In this document: positions 52,871 to 64,000 of the stretch, in pieces
Layout of the letters: every line of letters starts with the position of its first letter
Numbering within the stretch: the stretch's first letter is position 1
Assembly (NCBI RefSeq): GCF_006345805.1
Contig: NC_043002.1
Coordinates: forward strand, 17,980,001 to 18,044,000
DNA length: 64,000 nt
Reading direction: 5' to 3'
Origin: Octopus sinensis
Taxonomy: Eukaryota
Made by a program: the position numbers and the translations under genes
Notes under the pieces: generated by a model
What the model saw: only the letters and a program-made list of their open reading frames with translations
Told to the model about the DNA's origin: nothing
The model's database searches: none

Positions 52871-53016
52871 GAAAATAAAAATAAGAAATAAATGGAAATT
52901 TTACCGGCGAGTGTGTTGCATTATAAGGCACAAAAAGAAAATGACTCTCCCCAGACACAACAGATTTTTCTTTTTCTTTTATCTTTTGCAATCGCATCGC
53001 GTTCTTCATAGTGTAT

Positions 53017-53195
53017 GTTGTTGTTGTTGTTGTTGCTGCTGCTGCTGCTGCTGCTGTTGTTGTTGTTGTTGTTGTTGTTGCTGCTGCTGCTGCTGCTGCT
53101 GTTGCTGTTGTTGTTGTTGTTGGTGATGGTGGTGGTGTCGTTGTTGTTGGTGGTGGTGTTGTTCTTGTTCCTATTATTATTATTATTATTATTAA
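53017..53195. repeat. (GTT)n/(GCT)n/(ATT)n trinucleotide mosaic
   Basis: direct inspection. Confidence 0.95.
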
Positions 53196-53204
53196 TATTT
53201 TAGC

Positions 53205-53915
53205 ACGCCGGTCAAAGTCTGCCGTTACGTTCTGGGTTCAAATTCCGCCGAGGTCGACTTTGCCTTTCATCCATTCGGGGTCGATAAATTAAGTACCAGT
53301 TACGCACTGGGGACGATGTAATAGACTTAATCCGTATGTCTGTCCTTGTTTGTCTCTTCTGTGTTTAGCCCTTGTGGGTAGTAAAGATATAGGCATTTCA
53401 TTCAACTTTAAATGCGGCGAGCTGGCAGAATCTTTAGCGCGCCGGGCAAAACGCTTAGCGGTATTTCGTCTACCGCTACGGTCTGAGTTCAAATTCCACC
53501 GAGGTCGACTTTGCCTTTCATCCTTTCGGGGTCGATAAATTAAGTACCAATTACGCACTGGGGTTGATATAATCGACTTAACCCGTTTGTCTGTCTTTGT
53601 TTGTCCTCTCTGTGTTTAGCTCCTTGTGGGTAGTAATGAAATAGGTATTTCGTGTGTCACTACATTCTGAGTTCAAATTCCGCCTAAGTCGACTTTGCCT
53701 TTCATCCTTTCGGTGTCGATAAATAAGGTACCAGTTATGCACTGGGGTCGATAGAATCGACTGAATCCGTTTGTCTGTCTTTGTTTGTCCCCTTTGTGTT
53801 TAGGTATTTCGGTTGCCGCTAATGTTCTAAGTTCAAATTCCGCCGACTCGACTTTGCCTTTCATCCATTCATGGTCGATAAAATAAGTAGCAGTTAAACA
53901 CTAGGGTCGATGACC
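53205..53915 (+). mobile_element. head-to-tail multimer of family C SINE modules (five core copies)
   Basis: gagttcaaattccgcc..gactttgcctttcatcc core at about 53235, 53485, 53670 and 53830 plus intervening tails; one full head at 53415. Confidence 0.85.
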
Positions 53916-53952
53916 GTAATGACTGCCTATGTGGCAAAATTCGAAACCATTA

Positions 53953-54016
<64 letters not shown>

Positions 54017-54343
54017 CGTCATCATCATCATCATCAATATTGTTATAATTATTTCTATTTGTATCCGTATACTGCTCAGTGGTCATAATGGTATCATTAA
54101 TAGTAACTACGCTTTCTCGGTTTACATAGCTGTGGGGCCCTCCATTTGATTACCTCTATTATTTAGAGTTTTCCATTGTCACAGAGTTCTTCCTAAACTG
54201 CTTTTGTAATTATTGATAGGGCTTCTCTTAATCCTGTTCATTTAGGATTTTATTTTCATTGTTTCCAAACTCCTTATCATCAGTTTCATCAGTTAAATGT
54301 TAAATTGTTCTATCTCTACGTTAATAAACAAGCTACCCCTAAT

Positions 54344-54380
<37 letters not shown>

Positions 54381-54391
54381 CATACATATAG

Positions 54392-54788
54392 AGATGTTTT
54401 CGATCTAATTTGGATTCTTTGCCATCAAATTTGAATTCTTTGCAATCAAATTTGAATTTTTCAATTGGTGCTCAAGCCTTGAAAAATAAAGAGAGTTAAA
54501 CTATATCAGCCATAAGGGAATATATGTCTATCTTATCTAACTCGTCCAGTAGAGCCCACCAATTGATATCTGAAAAGTTCGATGAAATAACTCGTGAACA
54601 CTGCGATAGCTTCTACCAAAGGAAGCTCCGTTACGTCGACCGGTCTGACCAAAGGGAGATAATAGATAAAAGAATCATTCGATTATTATCTCCCCTTGTT
54701 CAGATCGGTCGAGGTAACGAAGCATCAAATTTGATTGCAAAGAATTCAAATTTGATGGCAAAGAATCCAAATTAGATCGAAAACATCT
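54392..54788. mobile_element. MITE/foldback element with perfect 64-bp TIRs built of 21-bp subrepeats
   Basis: 54392-54455 is the exact reverse complement of 54725-54788; TA-rich flanks; internal ~100-nt hairpin 54625-54723. Confidence 0.85.
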
Positions 54789-54823
54789 ATATATATGACA
54801 TGACGAGTATGTATGTATATATA

Positions 54824-57116
54824 TAAACTTACATAAACTTAGATATATTTCGACCAAAGATTGGTCCAGGCCATGTCTAACTTAATAGCACCACCTGATA
54901 GGATTATTTGAATCCTGTTTAAGTCAAGTTTTGTTTATGGTCCATTCAAGTGGTGAGTTTTTGTTGGATGAGTTGTATCCAATTATGGGTGGCTTATCTG
55001 GTATTCTTTGAAGGAATCTATCCAGACTCCGTTTAAAGTTGATGGGATCATTTTCCTCTTTGATCTTTTTCGGGACAATGTTAAATAGGGCAAGGCCTGT
55101 TGAGGAAAAGAAATTATGTTGCAGTGTACATGTATGCTGTGATCTTGAATTGGGTAGGGGACGTATGACCCATGGTCCCAGTCTTGGATGAACCTTGACG
55201 GTAATGTTCAGGTCGTTTGGGCAAAGTTGGCGGTATATTCTCCACATCGTACAAATGATGTACCGCTAACGGCGACGCTGGAGGGAGTAAAGTTTCAAGG
55301 CTTTAAGGCGATCCCAATAATCGAGAGCAGCCATGCCTTCAATTCGTTTAGTGAGTGCCCTCTGGGGCGATTCAGTCCTCGAGATGTTTTGTCTTGTATG
55401 GGGAGACCACAGTGGGCAGCAGTATTCCAGGTGTTGCCGTACAAAGGAGGAGAAAAGTGGTATGATGACACTTTGTTCTCTGGACCGGAAAGTCCTTAAG
55501 ATCCATGAACTCATCCTACGAGCTATATCGACCTTCTTGTTGATGTGTGCACTCCAACTGAGATCGTCATCAACAATTACACCAAGGTCTCTGATATTGT
55601 TAGAGGCTGTGAGCGGTTCCCCTGAAGGAAGAGAGTATGGCTGTTTTAGTGAGGAATTTCTTCCAAAAAGCATCAGCTCAAATTTTCCCTCGTTCAGTTG
55701 CATTTTGTTTCTGTCTGCCCATTGACTCACAGCATATAGATCAGACTGTAGTTGAGTTCGGTCTGCTTCTTCATTGACGATTTGCTGGACTTAGTGTCAT
55801 CAGCAAATATTTTCACTTTGCAGTAATGTGCGACACTGGAAAGGTCGTTTATGTAAATTATGAAGAGTAGCGGACCCAAGACAGTCCCCTGGGGAACACC
55901 ACTGGTGACTTTTGCTGGGCTTGAGTGGATTCCATCAACTACATGTTGTGTTCTATTCGCCAGGAAATACTTAATCCAGTGTAGACCTTTTCCACGGATT
56001 CCAACATTTGCTAATTTTGAGAGTAGGATATTGTGGTCTACCTTGTCGAACGCTTTGCTGAAGTCAAGATATATGACATCAGAGTTCGAACCTGTTCCCA
56101 AGGCTTTGAGTATATCTTCAATGTGGTGTAAGAGCTGTGTTAGACAGTCCCTTCCACAGCGAAAGCCATGCTGATTTGCATTTAGGAGCTTGTGGGTCTC
56201 CACGAAGTCAGCGATCATTGATCTTAACACTCTTTCAAACACTTTAATGATGTGGGAGGTGAGTGAGATTGGGCGATAGTTGAGTGCGAGGGATCTGTTT
56301 CCCTGTTTGAAAACCGGGATGACTGACTGGGATAGAAACTGTTTCGGTATATAACCTGCGTCTAACAAATTTCTCCAGAGGTTGGTCAGAGGGACTGCAA
56401 GTTGGTGTCTACATTCCTTCAGGAGACTAGCGGGGAATCTATCAGGGCCTACAGCAGAGTAGTATTTGACCTCATTTATTGCTGCTATGATGTCAGTGGC
56501 AGTGAAGATTTTATGTTGAGAGTCAACTTCGTTCGCTTCTCTTACGTCAATATCAGTGGGAACACTAAAGACAGAGCAGTATTGTTTCTGCAGTATTTCT
56601 GCCATTTCTTTAGCATCGTGTTTGGGAAAGCCGTTATCATCAATCAATGGCGCAATGGGTAAGACAGTGGTTCTATGCTTATTTGCATAAGAATAGAACA
56701 CTTTTGGGTTCTGTTTGATGTTTTTGATTACCCACTGTTCCTCCACAGCTCTTTGATTTTCAATGGAGGTTTTCATGTCGGTCTGCAGATGAAGTTTTCC
56801 AGCTCTAGCCTTTTCATTGTTGTTGAATGTGGATGTTGTATGTGGGAATATTTTAATTGGTTGATTTTTTTGTTGAGTCTTTTAACGCGCCTGATGAGTG
56901 TTTTTCTCTTTTTGGGGGGCCGGTTTCTGTTTGTGTTAGTAGATTTCGTGGGAGCGTGTTTAGAGCATGTATAGGTGACAATGTTTTCAAAGTGCTGCCA
57001 TGCGGTCTCAATATGGGTGGAATTGAGAGTAAAAGACCAGTCGATGAAAGAAATATCCTTTCTGATTGTTCTCCAGTCCGCTTTATGGGTGGTTTGGTTT
57101 TTATATGTCGGGAATT
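54824..57116 (-). mobile_element. 5'-truncated CR1/L2-type LINE, frameshifted ORF2 reverse transcriptase
   Basis: NYRPISLTSHIIKVFER, QHGFR, YLDFSKAFDKVDH, SGVPQGTVLGPLLF..YINDL, FADDTK in ORFs 55727-56776, 55266-55730 and 54924-55247; 3' UTR and short repeat tail. Confidence 0.95.
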
Positions 57117-57117
57117 A

Positions 57118-57199
<82 letters not shown>

Positions 57200-57255
57200 G
57201 GATGGATGGATGGATGGATGGATGGATGGATGGATGGATGGATGGATGATGGATG

Positions 57256-57351
<96 letters not shown>
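57118..57351. repeat. (GATA)n-(GGAT)n-(GATA)n microsatellite
   Basis: direct inspection. Confidence 0.97.
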
Positions 57352-57353
<2 letters not shown>

Positions 57354-57460
57354 TTTAAAATAGGATAAAATCTTTATAAGAATTTATCAAATATTAGTGT
57401 CAAAAACCTCATAAGAGAAACATCCATAACTTTTTCTCTTAAATATATTAATCTATATTA

Positions 57461-57795
57461 TATTGAGGGCATTACTATACATGAATACCACACGCTAGGG
57501 GGTCTCTTAAATTCAAAACTATCAAAATAAATAAACGCTAGAATAGACTTCATTGTATATGTGTGTGCAAGTATGTGTGTGTAGATACCTATATTTACAA
57601 ATATACTGTACGTAATTATATGCATATATATATACATATATATGCATATATTTATATAAATATTTATATGAATATATACATATACATGTGTATACATTCC
57701 CTCGCATTCGACTTATGTGTTTATTTATTTTGATAGTTTTGACTTTAAGAGTCCCTCCTAGCGTGTGGCATTTATGTATAGTAATGGCTTCAATA
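57461..57795. repeat. ~76-bp imperfect inverted repeats (57461-57536 / 57719-57795), MITE-like
   Basis: cattactatacat..ccacacgctagg..ctcttaaa.tcaaaactatcaaaataaataaac on both strands, about 88% identical. Confidence 0.8.
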
Positions 57796-57813
57796 AGATA
57801 ATATATATATATA

Positions 57814-59175
57814 TTAGGAATAGAAGCGATCACTTTCTGGCTAAATAACTACTCCTTTGAACTCCCAACTCGCATAAATAAAGAACTTATAATAGAAGGA
57901 CTTAGATTTATTTTAGAAAACAATAACTTTATTTTTGACAATAATTTCTACAGACAAAGATCGGGAACAGCAATGGGCACGCGTACTGCGCCTTCTTTTG
58001 CCAACCTAGTGATGGGATACCTCGAGAAAATACTCTACCAGATAACACTCGAGAAATATGGAAACACCTTCTCCACCTATATCCAGAACAACTGGAAAAG
58101 ATACCTCGACGACTGCTTTATCCTCTGGGATAAAAGTATAGAGAAACTTGAGGAATTTAAAATACTATTAAATGGAATAAATGATAATATACAATTCACG
58201 ATGGATCATAACGAAGAAGAATTACCATTTTTAGACATCCTCATTAAAAAAGCCGGCAACAAAATAGAGACAGATATCTATTATAAACCGACAGACTCCA
58301 AACAGTACCTACCCTTTGATTCATGCCACCCAAGACACACTAGAATAAATGTCCCTTTTTGTTTAGCTAGAAGGATTTGCACCATAATATCAGACACAAA
58401 CACCCGACACACACATCTCCAGGAACGTAGAACTACACTCATAAATAGAAATTATCCACAGCCCCTAATAGACAGTGCAATCCAACGGGCACTTAAATTA
58501 AGTATAGAAGACCTGAGACAAACAAAACCAAAAAAGAAAGAAAAATTTAAAACCCTTCCCTACATCTCTACACACAACCCACTTAACAATGAGGGCTTCA
58601 GCACCATACTACAAAGCACAGCCCTACTAAAGGGAGACCCAAAGATGAACCGGATCCTCGAAACACACACCATCATTAAAAGTAAACGGCAACCAAAATC
58701 CTTGAAAAGGATTTTAACCCAAGCTAAACTACACTCAACATCAACCACAAAACCAGCAGTTAGAAAATGTGGAAGGCCCAACTGCGGAATCTGTGTCATC
58801 TTGGTAGAAGGTTCAGAATTTATACTAGAACAAGGCCATCAGTTCACCATTAGAACAAACTTCACCTGTGCATCAGAAAACTTAATTTACGTCTTAACGT
58901 GCGCAGGCTGCAATAGGCAGTATATAGGCCATACAAAAAATAGCTTACGTAAAAGGATGATGGTGCATAAATCCCAAATTAGAAACCCTAAATACCGGAA
59001 AATACCGGTCAGCGGACACATAGATAGATGTGCTACAAATGAAAATCCGAAATTTACAACTTACCCACTTTACAAATTCAGTGACAGCGTAACCTTCACC
59101 CAACGCCAAAATAAAGAACTTTATTTCATCAAAAAATTTAGACCAAGTTTGAACACCCTGGGCCAAGAATATTAA
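57814..59175 (+). CDS. 5'-truncated Penelope-like (Neptune-type) RT thumb + GIY-YIG endonuclease, uninterrupted frame
   Basis: frame open from about 57814 through GTAMGTRTAPSFANL, RYLDD, TDIYYKPTD, CGRPNCGIC, LIYVLTC..C..QYIGHT to FRPSLN; 3' region runs to (TA)n at 60223. Confidence 0.93.
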   Translation, partial: LGIEAITFWLNNYSFELPTRINKELIIEGLRFILENNNFIFDNNFYRQRSGTAMGTRTAPSFANLVMGYLEKILYQITLEKYGNTFSTYIQNNWKRYLDDCFILWDKSIEKLEEFKILLNGINDNIQFTMDHNEEELPFLDILIKKAGNKIETDIYYKPTDSKQYLPFDSCHPRHTRINVPFCLARRICTIISDTNTRHTHLQERRTTLINRNYPQPLIDSAIQRALKLSIEDLRQTKPKKKEKFKTLPYISTHNPLNNEGFSTILQSTALLKGDPKMNRILETHTIIKSKRQPKSLKRILTQAKLHSTSTTKPAVRKCGRPNCGICVILVEGSEFILEQGHQFTIRTNFTCASENLIYVLTCAGCNRQYIGHTKNSLRKRMMVHKSQIRNPKYRKIPVSGHIDRCATNENPKFTTYPLYKFSDSVTFTQRQNKELYFIKKFRPSLNTLGQEY

Positions 59176-59446
59176 AACAAAACATTGGTCTTCCGAAAAG
59201 GAAAAATGAAATTCTACCACAACCACCACGACCACTACGACTGCTTCCACTAGCACTACTACTACAACCACCGTGGTCACTACTATTGCTGCTACGGCCA
59301 CAGTGTGAGAATTAAAATAGTAAAAAAAAAAATGGGTGGAGGTGGGGGGAATTACAATTTCTCAGATCTTTAAACAGTCACTCCCGCTTGCAGTGGTATG
59401 TTTTAGGGAAAGATGAATTCATATAAAAAAATTTTTTTTCTGCGAG

Positions 59447-59649
59447 CAGATCTGATTTGATTCGTTAAAAAATTGATGACGTTTTTCTTCCGTGGTCAAG
59501 CTTGTCGTTCTGCTTGGTTGGTTTCCTTACAGGATACAGTTATGGGTCAGATCCGATTTTGATTCGTTAAAAAATTGATGACGTTTTTCTTCTGTGGTCA
59601 AGCTTGTCGTTCTGCTTGGTTGGTTTCCTTACAGGATACAGTTATGGGT
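59447..59649. repeat. ~101-bp tandem duplication in the PLE 3' region
   Basis: cagatc.gattt..gattcgttaaaaaattgatgacg...gttatgggt x2. Confidence 0.93.
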
Positions 59650-60080
59650 GTTTTCCTTGTATTCGTTGAAGTTTGGTTTTGATTGGTTTGGAATTATGTG
59701 ACGTCAGTGAGCAGTGCCAGTGAACCGACCACTATTGCTGCTACGATCAACAGTCCTCTACTACTGCTGCTGCTGCTGCCACGGCCACAGCTTAACTGCT
59801 ACAACCCCAACCACCACCAAGGTTGCCAAAATTACGACCAACAGTAACAGCCACAGGTTACTACTACTACGACCAACAATCACTACTATTGCTACCATTG
59901 GAACACAAGGTAACAAAAAAGCGATTCCTTTTGATACCAGCAAGAAACAATAATGGACTTCTTCACTACACTCAACAGTAATATAGCGATTATACCAACT
60001 ACCGACAAAACACCACCACATGGATTCTATTGAGAACAGTAAGAAACGATTATGAACTTTTCTATTGCACTTTTTATAAT

Positions 60081-60125
60081 ATTTTTGATAAGGTTCGTTT
60101 TTTCAAGAACCGAAACATGTAAAAT
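60081..60125 (+). ncRNA. minimal type-I hammerhead ribozyme (U3-A8 variant) in the PLE 3' end
   Basis: attt-TTGATAA-ggttc(10 nt)gaacc-GAAA-catg-TA-aaat: 4-bp stem I, perfect 5-bp stem II with G10.1-C11.1, palindromic ACATGT stem III, GUA site. Confidence 0.7.
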
Positions 60126-60216
60126 GCATAAGAAAATTAAAATTCATTTAATATAGTGGCGTTTTCAAACTTCTTTTTTACAAATATATACCCACTCGTA
60201 TACGATCTACTCTTAT

Positions 60217-60261
<45 letters not shown>

Positions 60262-60506
60262 AGAGAGAGAGGGGGGAGATGTTGTGGCTTGCTGCTCGCA
60301 GTCCCTGGATATCTCAAGAGCTTGGACATTTTGCGTAGTTATACGAGCTATACTTTTTAGCTCGTACTTCTAGCAATTGCAGGCACCATTTTGCACCCTC
60401 ATTTATGAATTTTGCCTTTTTGGTTTTAATTGCTATAGCCACCTACATTTTAATGTAATTGATACTTTATAATATATTAATTTGCCCCTATAATATATCA
60501 TTGTAT

Positions 60507-60627
<121 letters not shown>

Positions 60628-60807
60628 GCGACATACAAATACATATAGAAGGAACAGAACAGATTTTTTCTTCAATAATTAGCTTTCCTCTGAAACAAAA
60701 TCCCAAAGTATTTCATACCAATGAGTGAAACCGAATGATATTCATGTAGACGATGAAGTTGGGAATGCTGGGAATTTGATTTCAGTGTCTCAGTAACTCA
60801 GTCTTAC

Positions 60808-60861
60808 CTTTCGACCTTGCGAACCATTTATCATCGGTGCATCGACTAATGTTTCATTTCC
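60808..60861 (-). CDS. candidate 54-nt phase-0/0 exon (GNETLVDAPMINGSQGRK)
   Basis: strong donor AAG|GTAAGA, acceptor ccattcAG with weak pyrimidine tract, only one open frame. Confidence 0.25.
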
Positions 60862-61146
60862 CTGAATGGACTTAATTTCATATGTGTGTGCAAGTATGTG
60901 TGTATGTGTGTGCTTGTGCGTTTATGTGTATGTAGATACCTATATTTATAAATATATATACTGTACGTAATTATATGTTTATGTATATATATATACATAT
61001 ATATGCATATATTTATATAAATATTTATATGAATATATACATATACATGCGTATACACACACACACATATACATAATCATACTCATGTGCACACACATGC
61101 ATGTGCACATACGCAACAAATAGGTACATACACACACGTATATATA

Positions 61147-61216
<70 letters not shown>

Positions 61217-61437
61217 CTGAAATCTTTCACAGCCTTGGATTTTTATCTCATTCTGTTAATTCTATGTGTGTGTGTGTGTGTGTGTGTAATTGTATAATGT
61301 TGAGTGAATTTTTCGCTGTTTTCACTTTAGATTCTTTTTTTTTTCATTATTTAGAATCACGCTATAAGTTCAATTATTGTACTATTGTCATTAAAACAAC
61401 AAAAGAGAGAGAATAGATTGGACAGACATACACTATA

Positions 61438-61511
61438 CTTTGATACTTTGATACTTTGATAGGTTTCGGCCATTATTGGCCCAGGCCATGTCTAACTTAA
61501 TAGCACCACTA
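61438..61511 (-). mobile_element. extreme 3' tip of the CR1/L2-type LINE family
   Basis: ggtgctattaagttagacatggcctgggccaat followed by an (atcaaagt)3 tail. Confidence 0.8.
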
Positions 61512-61972
61512 TATTACATTATAAACTGTAGAACTAATACAATGTAAGTTGTAAAGTTACAAATATGATTCCAAACTGCTTTATAATAGATCATATAGTA
61601 GACTCCTCCGTGGCATTGTTCTATAGTTTTAAGTTGTATCAATACATTCATTTATTATCCGGCATCTTCACGTTTATCAAGGAATTACAAATAATTATAC
61701 CTTTGACAGTTTTATATTCTCAGCTGAAATTATTCTGTCTCAATTATACAGAGAACAATCTGAACTGGCCGTTTAGAAAGAGCTATTTGTAAGTGAACAA
61801 TGTCATCTTTTCTCATTCAATCCCTTATGGATGGCGTAGATTTAAAATTACGACATCGATATTGAGTGTTGGAAGTTGATTTCTAGATCTACTTCAATTC
61901 CATGGGTAATTGAAACAACAAAAAGAAAATGGGAACTAAACAACTACTGTTCGGAAAGTATATATATACAGC

Positions 61973-62090
61973 ATTTCGTGGCTTAGTGGTTAGCGTATTC
62001 GGCTCAACATATTATGACCGTGGGTTCGACTCACGGCGGCGCGTTGTGGTCTTGAGCAACACACTTTATTTCACGTTACTCCCGTCCAAC
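61973..62090 (+). mobile_element. family D SINE head fragment
   Basis: gtggcttagtggttagc..gggttcgactc..cgcgttgtggtcttgagcaacacactttatttcacgtt matches 50114-50230. Confidence 0.7.
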
Positions 62091-62179
62091 AACAAAAGAG
62101 AGTGAATAAATTGGACAGACATTCATTATTTAAAATATAAACAGACATTCATTATTTAAAATAGAACTAATACAGTGTA

Positions 62180-62690
62180 CATTATTTACATTTGTCGGAT
62201 ATTTGTCCTCATCTTGGTTGTTGTTAATACGTTTTGGTTGATATACCCTCCAGCCTTCTTCGCAAATATCTCCTTCGAGTCAAACCACCAATAGAAGAGA
62301 ATATGACCAAAGACTGCGAGTAATCCATCCCATGCAGCTGTGGTAGGTTACACAATGGCGAAACATGCCGCCTCCTCAAAATAAGTGTAGACGAACATGG
62401 CAAAGCTGTGACACGAGGAGCTACTGATAAATCGAGTATAGCTGATCATGTATGCTAAAAATGGAGACAACCTCATTATGTGGGATGAAGTTAAAATAAT
62501 AGACAGAGAACACCACTGGAAAATACGAAAACTAAAAGAAGCAGCATATATGGTAGGACACAACAACCTTCTAAGTAGACCGAGTGCAGATATGAGCAGC
62601 ATATGGAAACCGGTATTAAGGAAGGATAGAAAAATATTAGAAATGAGGACAAATGTCCGTCTAATGTAAATAATGTACATAATTCCTCAT
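62180..62690 (+). mobile_element. Penelope/Poseidon-type PLE fragment (GIY-YIG C-terminus)
   Basis: SSIADHVC*NGDNLIMWDEVKIIDREHHWKIRKLKEAAYM matches SAVAEH....I.WD.V.I.DRE..W..RK.KEAI. Confidence 0.7.
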
Positions 62691-62830
62691 CTCTTAAATA
62701 TAGAACTGTAATACAGTGTGAATTGTAATGTTACAAGTATGATTCCAAACTATAAGATATTATAGTAGCCACTCTCCGTGGTATTATCCTATAGTCCATT
62801 CAGCTGGCAAGGCCGATCTTGCTACCTTCA

Positions 62831-62962
62831 GTGACACGCTGAATCTCCTTGGGAACTTCGTGTGTCTGTGGAGCGCTCAGCTACGTGCACGTTAGTTTCA
62901 GGAGCAGGATGTTCCATGAATCGGATCAACTGAAACACTCGTCGACGTAACCGACGGATTGC
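62831..62962 (+). mobile_element. diverged 3' fragment of a family A SINE
   Basis: gtgtctgtggagcgctcagc...tcggatcaactgaaacactcgtcgacgtaaccgacgga. Confidence 0.8.
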
Positions 62963-64000
62963 AAGTTTTATATAGCATTGCTTATAATGCTGTATGAATA
63001 CTAAAGCCAGCAACCATAATTTGTAGCAAATATTTCAACTAAATATCCCCCAGATTCACTGTACTTTATACACAGCTCAACTATAAACACACACTCTGCA
63101 ACGTTTTTAAGTTATTCTGGTAAATAATTTAAACTGCATTAACTACATCAAAATAATGTTATTATTTGCTTAACAGTACTAATGCCAATCCAAGGGTCAA
63201 GTGAGATATGGAATGCTTTTCTCTCGTAGACTCTATTAGACTGAATAGTTTGAATTCAATACAAATACAAAATTTCATTTTATCCATAACCGAGTTTGAA
63301 CTCAAATCTAGCCGTGATCTTTTAATGAAGTATCGACCGTTTACGAAGGTCTTCTTCTCAATGGACCGATGGCAACCATCTGCCAAGGTGTCAAAATAAA
63401 CAACATCAATATTTTTATTTATTTATTTACTCAGATCATTTTCTAGATATTTGCTTTACTTCGCTGTCAAGAAAATTCGTCTTGAGACTGTGTGTTTAAG
63501 AGATCAATATTATTTATTTTGTTGAACTCTTTTTTGCTTTGTCGTTTTTCTTTTGTTTTTTTTTACGCGTAAAACAGTAAAAAGATAATAGTAATATATA
63601 AAATCGACTCTTTTGTGGTTTTACTATTTTCACTTAAGAAATAAATTATAATTTTAAATCAGAAATTGGGGAATTTTAATTAAAGTTTTCTTGCAATAAT
63701 ACGATTGAGCATAATACTTATTAAAAAATATTAAATTAATTTAATTTTCTAATGTGTCTGCTGGCATGAAAACAGGACTTAACATAGGAATAATTGTGGT
63801 ATAAGTCTTTATTGGAATCATTGTTAAATTAAGTATCGGATGTGATAAATCTTGTCTTGCTATTTTAATTTAGTGTGGTTTATGTACGTGCATTTCTAGT
63901 GATTATGTAATGAGAAAAGGAAGATAATCACATAATTGTGAGATTCTGTGAATATGTGTGTGTGTGTGTGTGTGTGTGGAATGTGTTAAGCGCAGGGGTC

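Noticed and set aside
62225-62265. Relic hammerhead at the PLE fragment end (minus: gaagaaggctg..caaccaaaacgt)
   Set aside because: Both conserved core segments are mutated; not supportable as a ribozyme
63287-63375. Possible minus-strand exon (D)GCHRSIEKKTFVNGRYFIKRSRLDLSSNS
   Set aside because: Acceptor is fair but donor is weak and there is no homology clue

Overview
AT-rich, microsatellite-dense eukaryotic DNA with no confidently identifiable host gene. The SINE and Penelope-like repeat content suggests a cephalopod, probably Octopus (inference). It is probably intronic or intergenic, with at most a few candidate minus-strand exons. The window is a mosaic of mobile DNA. It has four tRNA-derived SINE families (several with 10-21 bp TSDs), four Penelope-like elements (PLEs; two nearly intact, Neptune-type RT + GIY-YIG), a CR1/L2-type LINE and its 3' fragments, and a miniature LTR element with PBS, PPT and a 5-bp TSD. 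It also has hAT, Tc1/mariner (including a DD41D/rosa-like copy) and Helitron remnants, HINE-like elements and MITEs. The best candidates for something new are three. (1) A TA-flanked 558-bp x ~2.9 tandem array with one type-I hammerhead-ribozyme (HHR) fold per unit, a retrozyme-like circRNA cassette. (2) Minimal HHR folds in two different PLE 3' regions, both with the compensatory U3-A8 core. (3) Recurrent near-perfect fold-back palindromes (64-417 bp) and flank duplications next to (TA)n runs. All calls were made by eye; no searches or folding programs were run.
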